A stretch of DNA of 37,138 nt from a virus: the IMG/VR virus record IMGVR_UViG_3300038829_000053, positions 1 through 37,138 of that record; one strand, written 5' to 3'. Under the pieces are notes generated by a model. The model did not search any database and was not told the origin of the DNA. It worked only from the letters and a program-made list of their open reading frames with translations. The first letter of the stretch is position 1. The number at the start of each line of letters is the position of its first letter. Below, one piece after another: positions 13,507 to 22,468 of the stretch. Made by a program: the position numbers and the translations under genes.

Positions 13507-15735
13507 TTACTTAACTTTAGTTTTCCCCTTCTTTTTCGTAACCACACTCCCGGGTGGTGCGCCGGGCTTCTCCGAGTATCGGTAGATGCCCTCCTGAGAC
13601 CCCTGATTCCCCTGTTGTTTGCCCGCTGGTGCCACTTTCGCCACCGGAACCACCTCCGGCGCCTTTGTGGCCGTTTCGGCCGCTGTGGGAGCGATTTTGC
13701 CCTTCCCTCCGAGCTTCCCGCGAGTGAGTAGCTTCTTGCCCCACGGAGTAGTGAAAAGCTTCGTGATGCCGTATTCGATACCGATCTTCGGGAGAAGTAC
13801 CCCGAGTCCGGGGCCGACCGCGAGTACGAGATTGATTCCGACTTGGAGTTTCTCTGCCGTAGGGGATCCAGCTACCATCTTTGTACCCTTACCCATAGCG
13901 GCGGCCATCTGCTTGAGGTCCATAAGCTTCTGAAGCTCCTCCGGTGAAAACACTCTCTGCAATACCTTCGTATCATACGCTTCAATCGCCTGCGCGAGCC
14001 GGCCGGGCTGAACCTTCCCATCGAGTGTGGCGCGTTCGATGATGTCGTCCGCAATTGAACTTCGGAGCAGATCCTTGAGCTGCTGCAGTCCTCGCTCGCC
14101 TACGAGCTCGCGTATAGTGTCATCTCCGTACTTTGTGAGCATTGCCGCAAGCTTCCCGGGATTCATCTTGCCCGTAAGAGGAACGATCGCTGACTGGATG
14201 ACGGTATTCATGAATGCATCGCCTACCGACTGGAACGCCTCCGCGCCGACGAGCTCCTTGAGTTCGCGAATCGCTGTGGCATCACCTGCTTTTATGAGGG
14301 ACCCGAATATACGCTCCGGACTCCGGGCGTTCTTAATCGTCCGCCCCATAATAGAATTAATCTTATTGATACCGGCCTTGTAAAATTCATTGGCCGCCTT
14401 GAGCGCGTTTGAAGCTTCAACGCCGGATGCTGAAACAGTGGTGTCGAGATCCTTTGAAAGCGCCGCATATATCCGTTTGAGACTTGCTGTGTCGCCTGTA
14501 GCGATCGGGTCCGTGCGGTTCCCAAGCTTCGACCCGATATCGGATCGCGTCTGTTTTACATTGGCGAAAGTGCGCTTATCCGCGGTCGAAAGGTTATTAC
14601 GAAGCGACTGATAGTACCGAGCGGTGTTCCGAGCCGTTGGGTCACTCGATGCCATCTTCTGCGCGATTATCTCGTCGAGAGCTTTCTTAGTCTCATCAAG
14701 AATGGCCTGTTGGGTGCCGATGCGTGAGGATGCCTCGTCGTAAAGCTTCGCCTTTGTTTCGTTAAAAGTCTTCGTGGCGGTCGTGAGAGCTCCCTTGAGC
14801 TCGGTACCGACATTCTCGAGCGTCACACCCGGCTTTATGAGCGTTTGCGGATCCGCGTACTTTCGGAGCGACTCCGCGACCTTAGACATTCCAGCTTGTG
14901 CCTCCTCGACTATCTTTGTAACAGCTGCACCGCCGAACCACGAGCTCTGCGCTATTGCCTCTGCTCCCTGAACTGCACGATTCGTTGTGACGGCTGATAC
15001 TGGCGCTTCGATGCCGTATTTCTTAAATGTCTCAGCGACATCCGGCGCAGTACTTCTGACTGATGCTCCGAGAATATCGTCCGCTTCCTTTTCTGCTATT
15101 GAAACTGCCCTCGTAGGAATCACCGACTTAATCTTCGTACCTACTTTCTCAGCTGCACCGATGACCGGCTGTGTCGCTATCTTCGCACCCTTGGGACCAA
15201 TCGCGAGAGTGATTGTATCCACGAAATCCTGCACATCTCCGGCAAGTTCAGGATTCGTCTTTGCAATATCGCCAACCTTCGCACCAAAGTCATTCGTAAC
15301 ATCGAGGAATTTCCCGACCCTATCCGACATAGCAATGCGCTGTGCAATTGGGAGATCCGATAGATGCTCTATTGCGCTCTCGATCGTTGCTGAAAGCGGA
15401 GCGAATAGAACACGCGCACCAGCACCGACCGCCTGCATTGGAGCTTTGAGAGCAACCAGGGGTTTCTCTATCGCCGGCGCGTTGCCGAACTGCTCGGCAG
15501 TTTTTTGTATCCTCGCCGCGCCCGTTTCTCCCTCCTTAGTCGCGATTTCACTGATGCGTTGCACGATGGGTCCCTTAGGAAGATTCGCTCCGGGGATGTT
15601 CGATTGCGGCGTGATCGACGGGGCGACTTCTCCGAACGATGCGAAATCAAAACTACCCGACTTCGGTACCACTGGTGCTACTCCGCTTTTCGGCGGCGCC
15701 GTTGTCCCTCCGAATGTTGAGAAGTCGAATGCCAT
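13507..15735 (-). CDS. Large alpha-helical virion protein, internal/ejection- or tape-measure-like (742 aa)
   Basis: Position in the tail module. Ala/Lys/Glu-rich helical composition, C-terminal hydrophobic segment and basic tail. No motif recognised. Confidence 0.55.
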   Translation of the reverse strand: MAFDFSTFGGTTAPPKSGVAPVVPKSGSFDFASFGEVAPSITPQSNIPGANLPKGPIVQRISEIATKEGETGAARIQKTAEQFGNAPAIEKPLVALKAPMQAVGAGARVLFAPLSATIESAIEHLSDLPIAQRIAMSDRVGKFLDVTNDFGAKVGDIAKTNPELAGDVQDFVDTITLAIGPKGAKIATQPVIGAAEKVGTKIKSVIPTRAVSIAEKEADDILGASVRSTAPDVAETFKKYGIEAPVSAVTTNRAVQGAEAIAQSSWFGGAAVTKIVEEAQAGMSKVAESLRKYADPQTLIKPGVTLENVGTELKGALTTATKTFNETKAKLYDEASSRIGTQQAILDETKKALDEIIAQKMASSDPTARNTARYYQSLRNNLSTADKRTFANVKQTRSDIGSKLGNRTDPIATGDTASLKRIYAALSKDLDTTVSASGVEASNALKAANEFYKAGINKINSIMGRTIKNARSPERIFGSLIKAGDATAIRELKELVGAEAFQSVGDAFMNTVIQSAIVPLTGKMNPGKLAAMLTKYGDDTIRELVGERGLQQLKDLLRSSIADDIIERATLDGKVQPGRLAQAIEAYDTKVLQRVFSPEELQKLMDLKQMAAAMGKGTKMVAGSPTAEKLQVGINLVLAVGPGLGVLLPKIGIEYGITKLFTTPWGKKLLTRGKLGGKGKIAPTAAETATKAPEVVPVAKVAPAGKQQGNQGSQEGIYRYSEKPGAPPGSVVTKKKGKTKVK

Positions 15736-15737
15736 AC

Positions 15738-17198
15738 TTAGTCTATAAACTCAATCAGGTACCCTTGCAAATATGCCGAATTCGCCTCCTCCGATGTAAC
15801 TGACCCCTCTTTTGTTTTTCCATCAGGACTGGTGATTCTGACCTTCTGTGGCTGACCGGCCGCGAGCCCAAATGCACCGCGCACCTTCCTGACTTCCTTC
15901 TTGAAGTCTTCGTTGCCGAGACTCGACCGCCCCGCGTCGTTTATACCGAGCGATGACCCAGCATCGGCAATCATTTTGCCTTCAAAGTCGGACACCGCGC
16001 CCTGCCCCTTCAGTTTCTGGCGATTCTCCAAAGAGAGGATTGCCTTCAACTGCTTCGCTTTATTCTGTGCGAGCTGTGTTTTAGTTCCGGGAGTGAATGC
16101 GCTCAATCCGGGAACACCAGCAATCGCATTCAGTGTGCCGTCGCCAATGTTCAAAAGCTCATTCACGAGACCATAATTCTGTGTAATCTCACCTTCTGCA
16201 AGTTTCTTCGCATCACTCTTTTCTGTCGCTTTGTCGATGCTCTCCTGTGTCACCTCCGGCACCCCGACTTTCTTGAACGTTCCATCTCGCTTATTGAGCA
16301 TGTAAATACCGTCCTTGCGCGAGACCACATCGATATCCTTCGGGTCCACTCCTCCCGATATCGGCAAGTCCACTGTCTCGGTCGTGATAGTCCCGTCCCG
16401 ATTCTTTTTGAAAAACACTGCCTTATTGCCGAAAATCTCCGGCTTGTCCTTGTTGATGTATGCGTTGCTGTTGGCGATTTTGAGTCCCTGATACAGCTGA
16501 TCGAACGTCGCCGAATCATATCCTGTCTGATCAAGAAGTTTCTGTCTCTGCTCGCTCGTGAGCTCGGCACCGGATGTTGCCAGTGCAGTGAAATCAGTAC
16601 GTGCTTGTGTAGCCTGATCCTTAAGAAATGTTGAATAGTCGGTAGCGTTCTTTGATGCAGACGTCTTGGCGTTCTGAATGAGTGAGTCCGCGCGAGTGTT
16701 TACACCTGCCAGAATATTGCTTATTTTTTCTGCACTCGCCGCACTGATAGCACGTTCCTCTTGGACATTGGCTTGATAGGTTTTCTCTTCCTGCGTATCT
16801 CCAATAGGGCTTCCGATAACGCCAGTCGATGCGCTAAGTGCTCGAGTGCGTCCTGATCTCTCTGTACCTCGAACGCGAGCACTCGCAAGTTCTGTCTGTG
16901 TGAGTTCATTGACGGCATCTATTTGCGCCTGTACATCCTTGCGTGCATTCTCGCGGATTGTTGCTTCATTGACTGGTGTAACTGGTGTCTTATCGTTCGC
17001 ACCGCCGGGATCGAATTGTTCACTACCTCCTGAATAAGGAACGCCGCCGGGCGTACGAGTCGTGACTGTCGCAGGTGTTGGTGTAGGTGCTTGCGATGAT
17101 TCGAACCTTGAGACACCATTCGGGTCGGTTACATTGTAACCAGTGATTCTGTTTTGTTCGTCGTAAACGGGAGAGTATGCCATATTAGTTTGTGCCAT
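15738..17198 (-). CDS. Virion structural protein (486 aa)
   Basis: Position in the tail module. Its stop lies 2 nt upstream of the ATG of the next gene (TAAgtATG at 15735-15740). Confidence 0.55.
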   Translation of the reverse strand: MAQTNMAYSPVYDEQNRITGYNVTDPNGVSRFESSQAPTPTPATVTTRTPGGVPYSGGSEQFDPGGANDKTPVTPVNEATIRENARKDVQAQIDAVNELTQTELASARVRGTERSGRTRALSASTGVIGSPIGDTQEEKTYQANVQEERAISAASAEKISNILAGVNTRADSLIQNAKTSASKNATDYSTFLKDQATQARTDFTALATSGAELTSEQRQKLLDQTGYDSATFDQLYQGLKIANSNAYINKDKPEIFGNKAVFFKKNRDGTITTETVDLPISGGVDPKDIDVVSRKDGIYMLNKRDGTFKKVGVPEVTQESIDKATEKSDAKKLAEGEITQNYGLVNELLNIGDGTLNAIAGVPGLSAFTPGTKTQLAQNKAKQLKAILSLENRQKLKGQGAVSDFEGKMIADAGSSLGINDAGRSSLGNEDFKKEVRKVRGAFGLAAGQPQKVRITSPDGKTKEGSVTSEEANSAYLQGYLIEFID

Positions 17199-18678
17199 AC
17201 ACTTTGATCACTGTCCCAATCGGTGTATTGAATCCACCCCCACATTGGCTCCAAGTGATCTGCGTTATCTGAGCTGAAGTGTTATTCCATACACCGCTTC
17301 CGTTATAGTAATCTGGTGCATGAGCACCTGAATCGCTGGCTGTACCTTGAGCAATTATTGATTTCCGTTTTGCAGATGGATTGTTTATGTCGGCAATTAT
17401 ATATGCGTCGGTCGTAGTAGCATTACCAAAACCCAATTGAAATAACGTCACATCAGAATTGATATTTCTTAAAATATTGTTTACGAATTGCTTGCTTGCA
17501 TATTTCGCGGTCGCGTCGCTGTTGAATTGCATACAAAAATTATCATGCGTCGCACCCGGCACATACACAACCACCTTTAAATTGTCATATGCCGCGAAAG
17601 AAGTCGTACTTGCAAACAGCATAGTCGCAGTCGTCGTAGTAGATATGAGTGGTACGCCGCTAATCGTCGCCCAAGATAGGTTCCCGCTCCCGTCATTTTG
17701 AAGAGAAGTTCCGGCTGACTGTGAAGTAGGAAAAACATACGCAAGCGAATTAAGTGTAAGATTCTTGACCGAAGAAGCGGCTATATTTATAGCACCAGTG
17801 AAGGTGAAGTTTGCAGTTAAATCAATCCATGCTTGCTTAATCTTTCCTGTCAAATCTGCGATGACACTACATCCAGCACCGGCCGTTCCGGTATATCCTG
17901 TTGCGCATCCGTACTGAGGTGTATCAGTTGCGTTCTGCGCCTGCATTACATACGGAGTATTAACCGTCGTTGGTGTAGACGACGCCGCTTGCAGAGCAGT
18001 CGCGAGTCGAACGAGGCCAGTTACGGATTCACTTGAGGTTGCTCCACCAGCAAGGACTCCGCTATCGACATATGTTTTGTCGACAATCTGCGTCCCGACT
18101 GAAAATGTCGGGTGCGATGTATATGAAAGTATATTCGGGAATGTGCCGATGCCGTTCACGATGCGCGAGAGAATCATCAGTTGAGGACCATCCGTTATCT
18201 TCACTGAAGCCCCGCGCCGGTGGCTCTTTTTTAGAGTTGCCACAGTGGTCGTACCAGTGATGACGGATACTCCACGTGTCATATTCGTACATGCCGTGCT
18301 TGTACAATCGGCCAGCACCATTTCCTGTGAAGCGGTACCCTCGTCGATGATGAACGCATAGGTGCTTGATGCGAGCGTAGTACCTGCAAGATCGGAAGCC
18401 GATGTGAGGGTCATCGATGTCGCGCTTGACGATATGGCACTCGCAAGTGAAGTTCCGAAGAGGGCGATGCTTGTCGGTACGTCGTTAGTGGCGCCAAGCA
18501 TCTGCTGTGCCTTTAGAGTAGAGAACTCATCTTGCACCTTCATGAATTCATTCCATATCGTTGCGGTCTCGATTTTAGTCGCATACGGCTGGAGATTAAC
18601 CGGCGGAGTGAAAAGACCAGAGAACATCAGTGAGATTCCCGAAACTATCACTGCGATGGCGGATAGGAGAGTGCTCAT
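17185..18678 (-). CDS. Tail fibre/spike-like protein with an N-terminal hydrophobic anchor (497 aa from ATG 18678)
   Basis: The ORF-track start is TTG. ATG 18678 lies 6 nt downstream of TATAAT. N-terminus MSTLLSAIAVIVSGISLMFSGLF. Ser/Thr/Gly-rich beta-type composition. Confidence 0.55.
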   Translation of the reverse strand: MSTLLSAIAVIVSGISLMFSGLFTPPVNLQPYATKIETATIWNEFMKVQDEFSTLKAQQMLGATNDVPTSIALFGTSLASAISSSATSMTLTSASDLAGTTLASSTYAFIIDEGTASQEMVLADCTSTACTNMTRGVSVITGTTTVATLKKSHRRGASVKITDGPQLMILSRIVNGIGTFPNILSYTSHPTFSVGTQIVDKTYVDSGVLAGGATSSESVTGLVRLATALQAASSTPTTVNTPYVMQAQNATDTPQYGCATGYTGTAGAGCSVIADLTGKIKQAWIDLTANFTFTGAINIAASSVKNLTLNSLAYVFPTSQSAGTSLQNDGSGNLSWATISGVPLISTTTTATMLFASTTSFAAYDNLKVVVYVPGATHDNFCMQFNSDATAKYASKQFVNNILRNINSDVTLFQLGFGNATTTDAYIIADINNPSAKRKSIIAQGTASDSGAHAPDYYNGSGVWNNTSAQITQITWSQCGGGFNTPIGTVIKVYGTN

Positions 18679-18684
18679 GGCGTT

Positions 18685-18690
18685 ATTATA
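18685..18690 (-). promoter_or_regulatory. Putative -10 box TG-TATAAT, 6 nt upstream of ATG 18678
   Basis: The minus strand reads accTTGTATAATaacgccATGagc. Confidence 0.5.
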
Positions 18691-18726
18691 CAAGGTTTAT
18701 AAAATAAATGAAGTGTTGTCCACATA

Positions 18727-20622
18727 TCAGTTGCGATATTTCTGCGGGATTTTATTATTCTTCACCCGGATGTCGCGAAACCTCACGAGCGAAAAGCTAA
18801 AATAGCCTATTCCGTCGATCGGCGCGAGCGGGTCGGTGATATCTATCCCGCGCTCGAATCGAATCTTTACGCGCTCGAACTTATCGAGTCGCATCGGCAA
18901 TGAACGGAAGTAGTGATACGCCGTGATGTTATCTCCAACGCCCACTTGCCCTCCTATAGGGTGCCTCCCAATGGTATCCGCGCCCACGTCAACCGATTGG
19001 CTCCGGTCGACGTAAGAACCCGAGCCGAGTATCTGCCCTATAGTGACGAACGCCCCATCATCCACGGATGCCTTCACGTCGAATACCTGATCGGGGCCGA
19101 TATTGCCCTCTATCTCGAGGTACTTGACCTTCTTGAGTACCCCGGGATACTCCAAATCCCATTCGTTTAGTTCGGCGAAGCCGTCCACTACCGATCCGTC
19201 ATCGTCACTGCCCGAGAATACGGTGACCACGTTCCCGGTGATTGACTCGCCGAATATGAGAGTTCCGCCGTATACTTTTGCGCAGAGACCCCAGTAATCA
19301 ACGATGTCGAACGCCTTCCAAATCTTGTTGTACATCACGAATCGGTTGTTGCTCGCCGAGCCCTCCGTTCGGCAACCGACGATGATGTAGTCTTCCCATT
19401 CTTCAATGAAGCACTTGTCGAAAAGATACGCCGAGAGGTCGATGTTGTCTGACACTACTTTACCATCGATAGCTGTAGACCCGCCCTGAAGCCTGATGAC
19501 TTTCAATCGCGGCTGCCCTTTATCGACTGCGTTGATATAGAAAATACCAAGCGATGTGCCTTTGATGGCGCGATGATTCGGTATACCCTCCCTATCACGA
19601 AAAATAAGATTGCTCGCGGCAGTGTCGTCCTTGGTAAGTGTGAGCGCATAGGTATTGCGTTTGTGCATGCAATACTCCGTGTCGCCGTAACTTTCAATAC
19701 CCATGAGAGGTCCGCCGTCTCCTTGTATTAAAACATTTCCTTGTGCAGCGACTCGGGTCGCCGAGAATGAAAAGTCCGCGATGCCAGTACTGGTAGTATC
19801 TTCCCACTGATAATCTGCTGTACCGGCTCCGACAAGCGTAGTAGTAACTGCGCCGGTAGTATAATTAATTGTTCCACTTGCTCCCAAGTCTCCAGTGAGA
19901 GTTCCATCCCGATTATCGGAAAGTATTTCACCCGATGCCGTGTGCGTTATCACAACTCCAAAGCATGTGCGCTTACTACCTGCCGCCTTGAATGCAAGTG
20001 TTGCCGTTGCCACACTCGCGAGCGCCTCAGCAGTGACGGTCGTATACGCGCGCGCATCGATGTACGACATGTACACATTCTGTTCGTCCTTACGCCCCGA
20101 TCCGCTTGCCGCGTTACGATTCCACAAGAACATGCGCGACTGCTTGATGCGGATGAAACCGCGAAACACGGTGGAAAGTAAATCGGTGATGCTTCCCGGA
20201 TTAGCGATAAGAATCTTGTAAATAGACGATAGAGGACTCGACCAGAATCCTTGAGCTCCAGCTTGTGAGCCGTAGGTATCGAACTCGAAATCGTCGCTGT
20301 TGGATGCCGTTGGAGCCGCATCACTACCTGTCTCGAGCCATCCTTCCGTCACTGAATCGTAGTATTCGAATTTGCGCGTGCCGTGTCTCTTGCGGAATGG
20401 TATCTCTGTGCCAGAAGAGTCGAGCTTCGTTCCTACGCCGAGGCCGGCAACCGAACCTGCACCGATGTCCGCACCGAGAATCTTCGAACCCCTGCGCAAT
20501 TCCATGTGATCGCCCTTGGTGAGAAAGTTCAAAGATTTAGATATAGATCCAATGGGAATTGAATTTGGCTCTATAAGATCAATCGTTCCCTTATCCCATG
20601 TTCTCATTTCTTTTGAAATCAT
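18727..20622 (-). CDS. Large tail structural protein (631 aa; tubular-B/nozzle-like by position only)
   Basis: It follows a 228-aa protein, as in podovirus tail-tube gene pairs. No motif recognised. Confidence 0.5.
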   Translation of the reverse strand: MISKEMRTWDKGTIDLIEPNSIPIGSISKSLNFLTKGDHMELRRGSKILGADIGAGSVAGLGVGTKLDSSGTEIPFRKRHGTRKFEYYDSVTEGWLETGSDAAPTASNSDDFEFDTYGSQAGAQGFWSSPLSSIYKILIANPGSITDLLSTVFRGFIRIKQSRMFLWNRNAASGSGRKDEQNVYMSYIDARAYTTVTAEALASVATATLAFKAAGSKRTCFGVVITHTASGEILSDNRDGTLTGDLGASGTINYTTGAVTTTLVGAGTADYQWEDTTSTGIADFSFSATRVAAQGNVLIQGDGGPLMGIESYGDTEYCMHKRNTYALTLTKDDTAASNLIFRDREGIPNHRAIKGTSLGIFYINAVDKGQPRLKVIRLQGGSTAIDGKVVSDNIDLSAYLFDKCFIEEWEDYIIVGCRTEGSASNNRFVMYNKIWKAFDIVDYWGLCAKVYGGTLIFGESITGNVVTVFSGSDDDGSVVDGFAELNEWDLEYPGVLKKVKYLEIEGNIGPDQVFDVKASVDDGAFVTIGQILGSGSYVDRSQSVDVGADTIGRHPIGGQVGVGDNITAYHYFRSLPMRLDKFERVKIRFERGIDITDPLAPIDGIGYFSFSLVRFRDIRVKNNKIPQKYRN

Positions 20623-20623
20623 T

Positions 20624-21310
20624 TTAGTAGTTCGGTATGTCTACAACATCCGCTGGCGTGAACTCGTTGCCCGACCGCAACGGCGTGGAACTGTTACCGA
20701 ATAACTTCATCCGGCGCTTCGTATCCCAAGAAATCATCGCGTTGTAGAGTTCGCGGTGCGCGGCGTTTAGATACGGCACTTGCTGACGAGCGATATCATC
20801 CGCATCGATGCCTCCGAGATGCATGGCAGCCATGTCGAATGCGATGATGGGCACGAACCGCGCCGGCCATACGATCGTGGTAGTGAGTGCTTTCTGTGCC
20901 GTTGAAAGCCCAACGAGAGATGTCGGGAGTCGTTTATACCATAGATAAATCGTCTGCGCCGATCCGCCAGTGAAGACTATCTTTTTGTTGAGATAGTCGA
21001 TAGAGTATCGATTCATCGCGCCGATGTGATTGAGCACATCCTCATACGGAGACGGTAGGTATTCGTTCTGGCCGCCGGCGCCACCGAACACCCTGTATGG
21101 TTCCTCAAAGTCTGCCGGAAGCGAGTGTTGTGTCTGCCACGTATCGTTCGCGCCTTGCGTAATGCTTGAATCGAGCTTCATCAAAAATGTCCATGCACGC
21201 ATGTCATTTCTTTTTGAGTACGCGACATCTGCGAGAACTGATTCAGTTACGGTGTCCACTTCATCGTCTACCAAGTCACGAAAAAAGGTCATTAGGTCGT
21301 CGTATGACAT
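20624..21310 (-). CDS. Tail/adaptor structural protein (228 aa)
   Basis: Assigned by position. TAAaATG junction with the downstream gene. Confidence 0.5.
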   Translation of the reverse strand: MSYDDLMTFFRDLVDDEVDTVTESVLADVAYSKRNDMRAWTFLMKLDSSITQGANDTWQTQHSLPADFEEPYRVFGGAGGQNEYLPSPYEDVLNHIGAMNRYSIDYLNKKIVFTGGSAQTIYLWYKRLPTSLVGLSTAQKALTTTIVWPARFVPIIAFDMAAMHLGGIDADDIARQQVPYLNAAHRELYNAMISWDTKRRMKLFGNSSTPLRSGNEFTPADVVDIPNY

Positions 21311-22188
21311 AGTCGTAGTTTATCGAATAAAGTGGCGAATGGCGATACTATCCGAGTGAAGAACGTCTTGCTTTTCTCTGCTTCTACCACCGCTTTCTCC
21401 GCATCCTCCCTCGGCATATCGAGGAAAGTGAATGCTCCGAATGTGAACGCTTGATTCAGTGCCTCTCGCTTAATCCAGAAAATACCATTGTCGCCGATGG
21501 ATTTGCCGTTTGAGAGTTGCAGTTTGATGTAGTCCCCGCGCCAGCCGAATGCTTTGACCGCATGCCCGAATGTCTGACCGGACGGCGCTGTCTCGATTGT
21601 GGGACCGTCGTAGGTCCATACCGATCGCCAGTTGCATCCGGTAAAGATTGACCGCTTCTCGTTACGCGTTTGCCACATCGCACTGCGCATGTTATCGAAT
21701 ACGTCGCCGGGACCATCTACTGTAAAGAACGTTTTCTTAGCATGCTTTTTAGCTTCCTCTTTTTCATCCTGCGTAAAAGGATAAGTCGCCGCCCACTCAC
21801 GATCCTCTTGCGTTGCAGGATTAGTGATCTTCGATAAATCCTTTGCCTCGAGGAATCCCCAAGGCCCCTCCTTTCGAAGCATGGCCGACTTACAGGCCGA
21901 CCGCAGGTCCGCCCCCCACTCCGCAGGATTGCCCGTTATAGACTTCGTGGAGCCAAATGTGAAGAAAGGGTCAAGTGCCACTCCTTCCTCGTCCTCTGAC
22001 ACAGCAGTGAGGGCGTAGGCGGTGCACATATCAGTCTGCCCTTGATCCTTGATTATAAGTGGCTTTGCAACTTCATACTCATCCGGCAAGTCCGTTGGAA
22101 CCGCATTCCCTACCACCGCGCCGAGCTTGAAATCGCGCTCGTCTACAGGTGTCGGCCAGAGTGAATTGGTAGGGTGTTTCATGTTCAT
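21292..22188 (-). CDS. Papain-like C1 cysteine peptidase, paralogue of the lysin catalytic domain (298 aa)
   Basis: DERDFKLGA...IIKDQGQTDMCTAYAL (Gln six residues before the Cys) and FGHAVKAFGW...LSNGKSIGDNGIFWI (His/Asn region). ATGA overlap with the upstream 87-aa membrane protein. Confidence 0.7.
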   Translation of the reverse strand: MNMKHPTNSLWPTPVDERDFKLGAVVGNAVPTDLPDEYEVAKPLIIKDQGQTDMCTAYALTAVSEDEEGVALDPFFTFGSTKSITGNPAEWGADLRSACKSAMLRKEGPWGFLEAKDLSKITNPATQEDREWAATYPFTQDEKEEAKKHAKKTFFTVDGPGDVFDNMRSAMWQTRNEKRSIFTGCNWRSVWTYDGPTIETAPSGQTFGHAVKAFGWRGDYIKLQLSNGKSIGDNGIFWIKREALNQAFTFGAFTFLDMPREDAEKAVVEAEKSKTFFTRIVSPFATLFDKLRLCHTTT

Positions 22189-22448
22189 TTTATACCGAGC
22201 TTAATTTGCCCCCACGCCACTACTCCTGCTGCCAGAATCAGAAGCCATTTGAAAAGTACGGTCAAGCCCACTTTCGCTTGTATGAAAGGTTCTACTTGTG
22301 CGATGTGTAAATCAACTTTCTTCTCAAAGGTGTCAGCCCGTTCGTTTTGAGTGACAAGTATCTTATGAATCGCGTCTATCTTTACATTGACAACATCCTC
22401 AATCTTTTTCTCTACCGCGCCTATGATTGCTTTGGTTTCAAGGTTCAT
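22185..22448 (-). CDS. Tail-anchored membrane protein, holin-like candidate (87 aa)
   Basis: N-terminal coiled-coil-like region and C-terminal TM segment VGLTVLFKWLLILAAGVVAW. Confidence 0.5.
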   Translation of the reverse strand: MNLETKAIIGAVEKKIEDVVNVKIDAIHKILVTQNERADTFEKKVDLHIAQVEPFIQAKVGLTVLFKWLLILAAGVVAWGQIKLGIK

Positions 22449-22468
22449 ATCAGAATATCCGATTCATA

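Noticed and set aside
14987-15748. Long plus-strand ORFs: 14987..15748 (253 aa), 26380..27108 (242 aa), 7241..7939 (232 aa), 32225..32848 (207 aa), 4176..4778 (200 aa), 28678..29229 (183 aa), and others
   Set aside because: Each lies fully antisense to a longer minus-strand gene with recognisable motifs or operon coupling. They have low-complexity Ser/Ala/Arg/Pro-rich translations and lack ribosome-binding sites. They are typical shadow ORFs.
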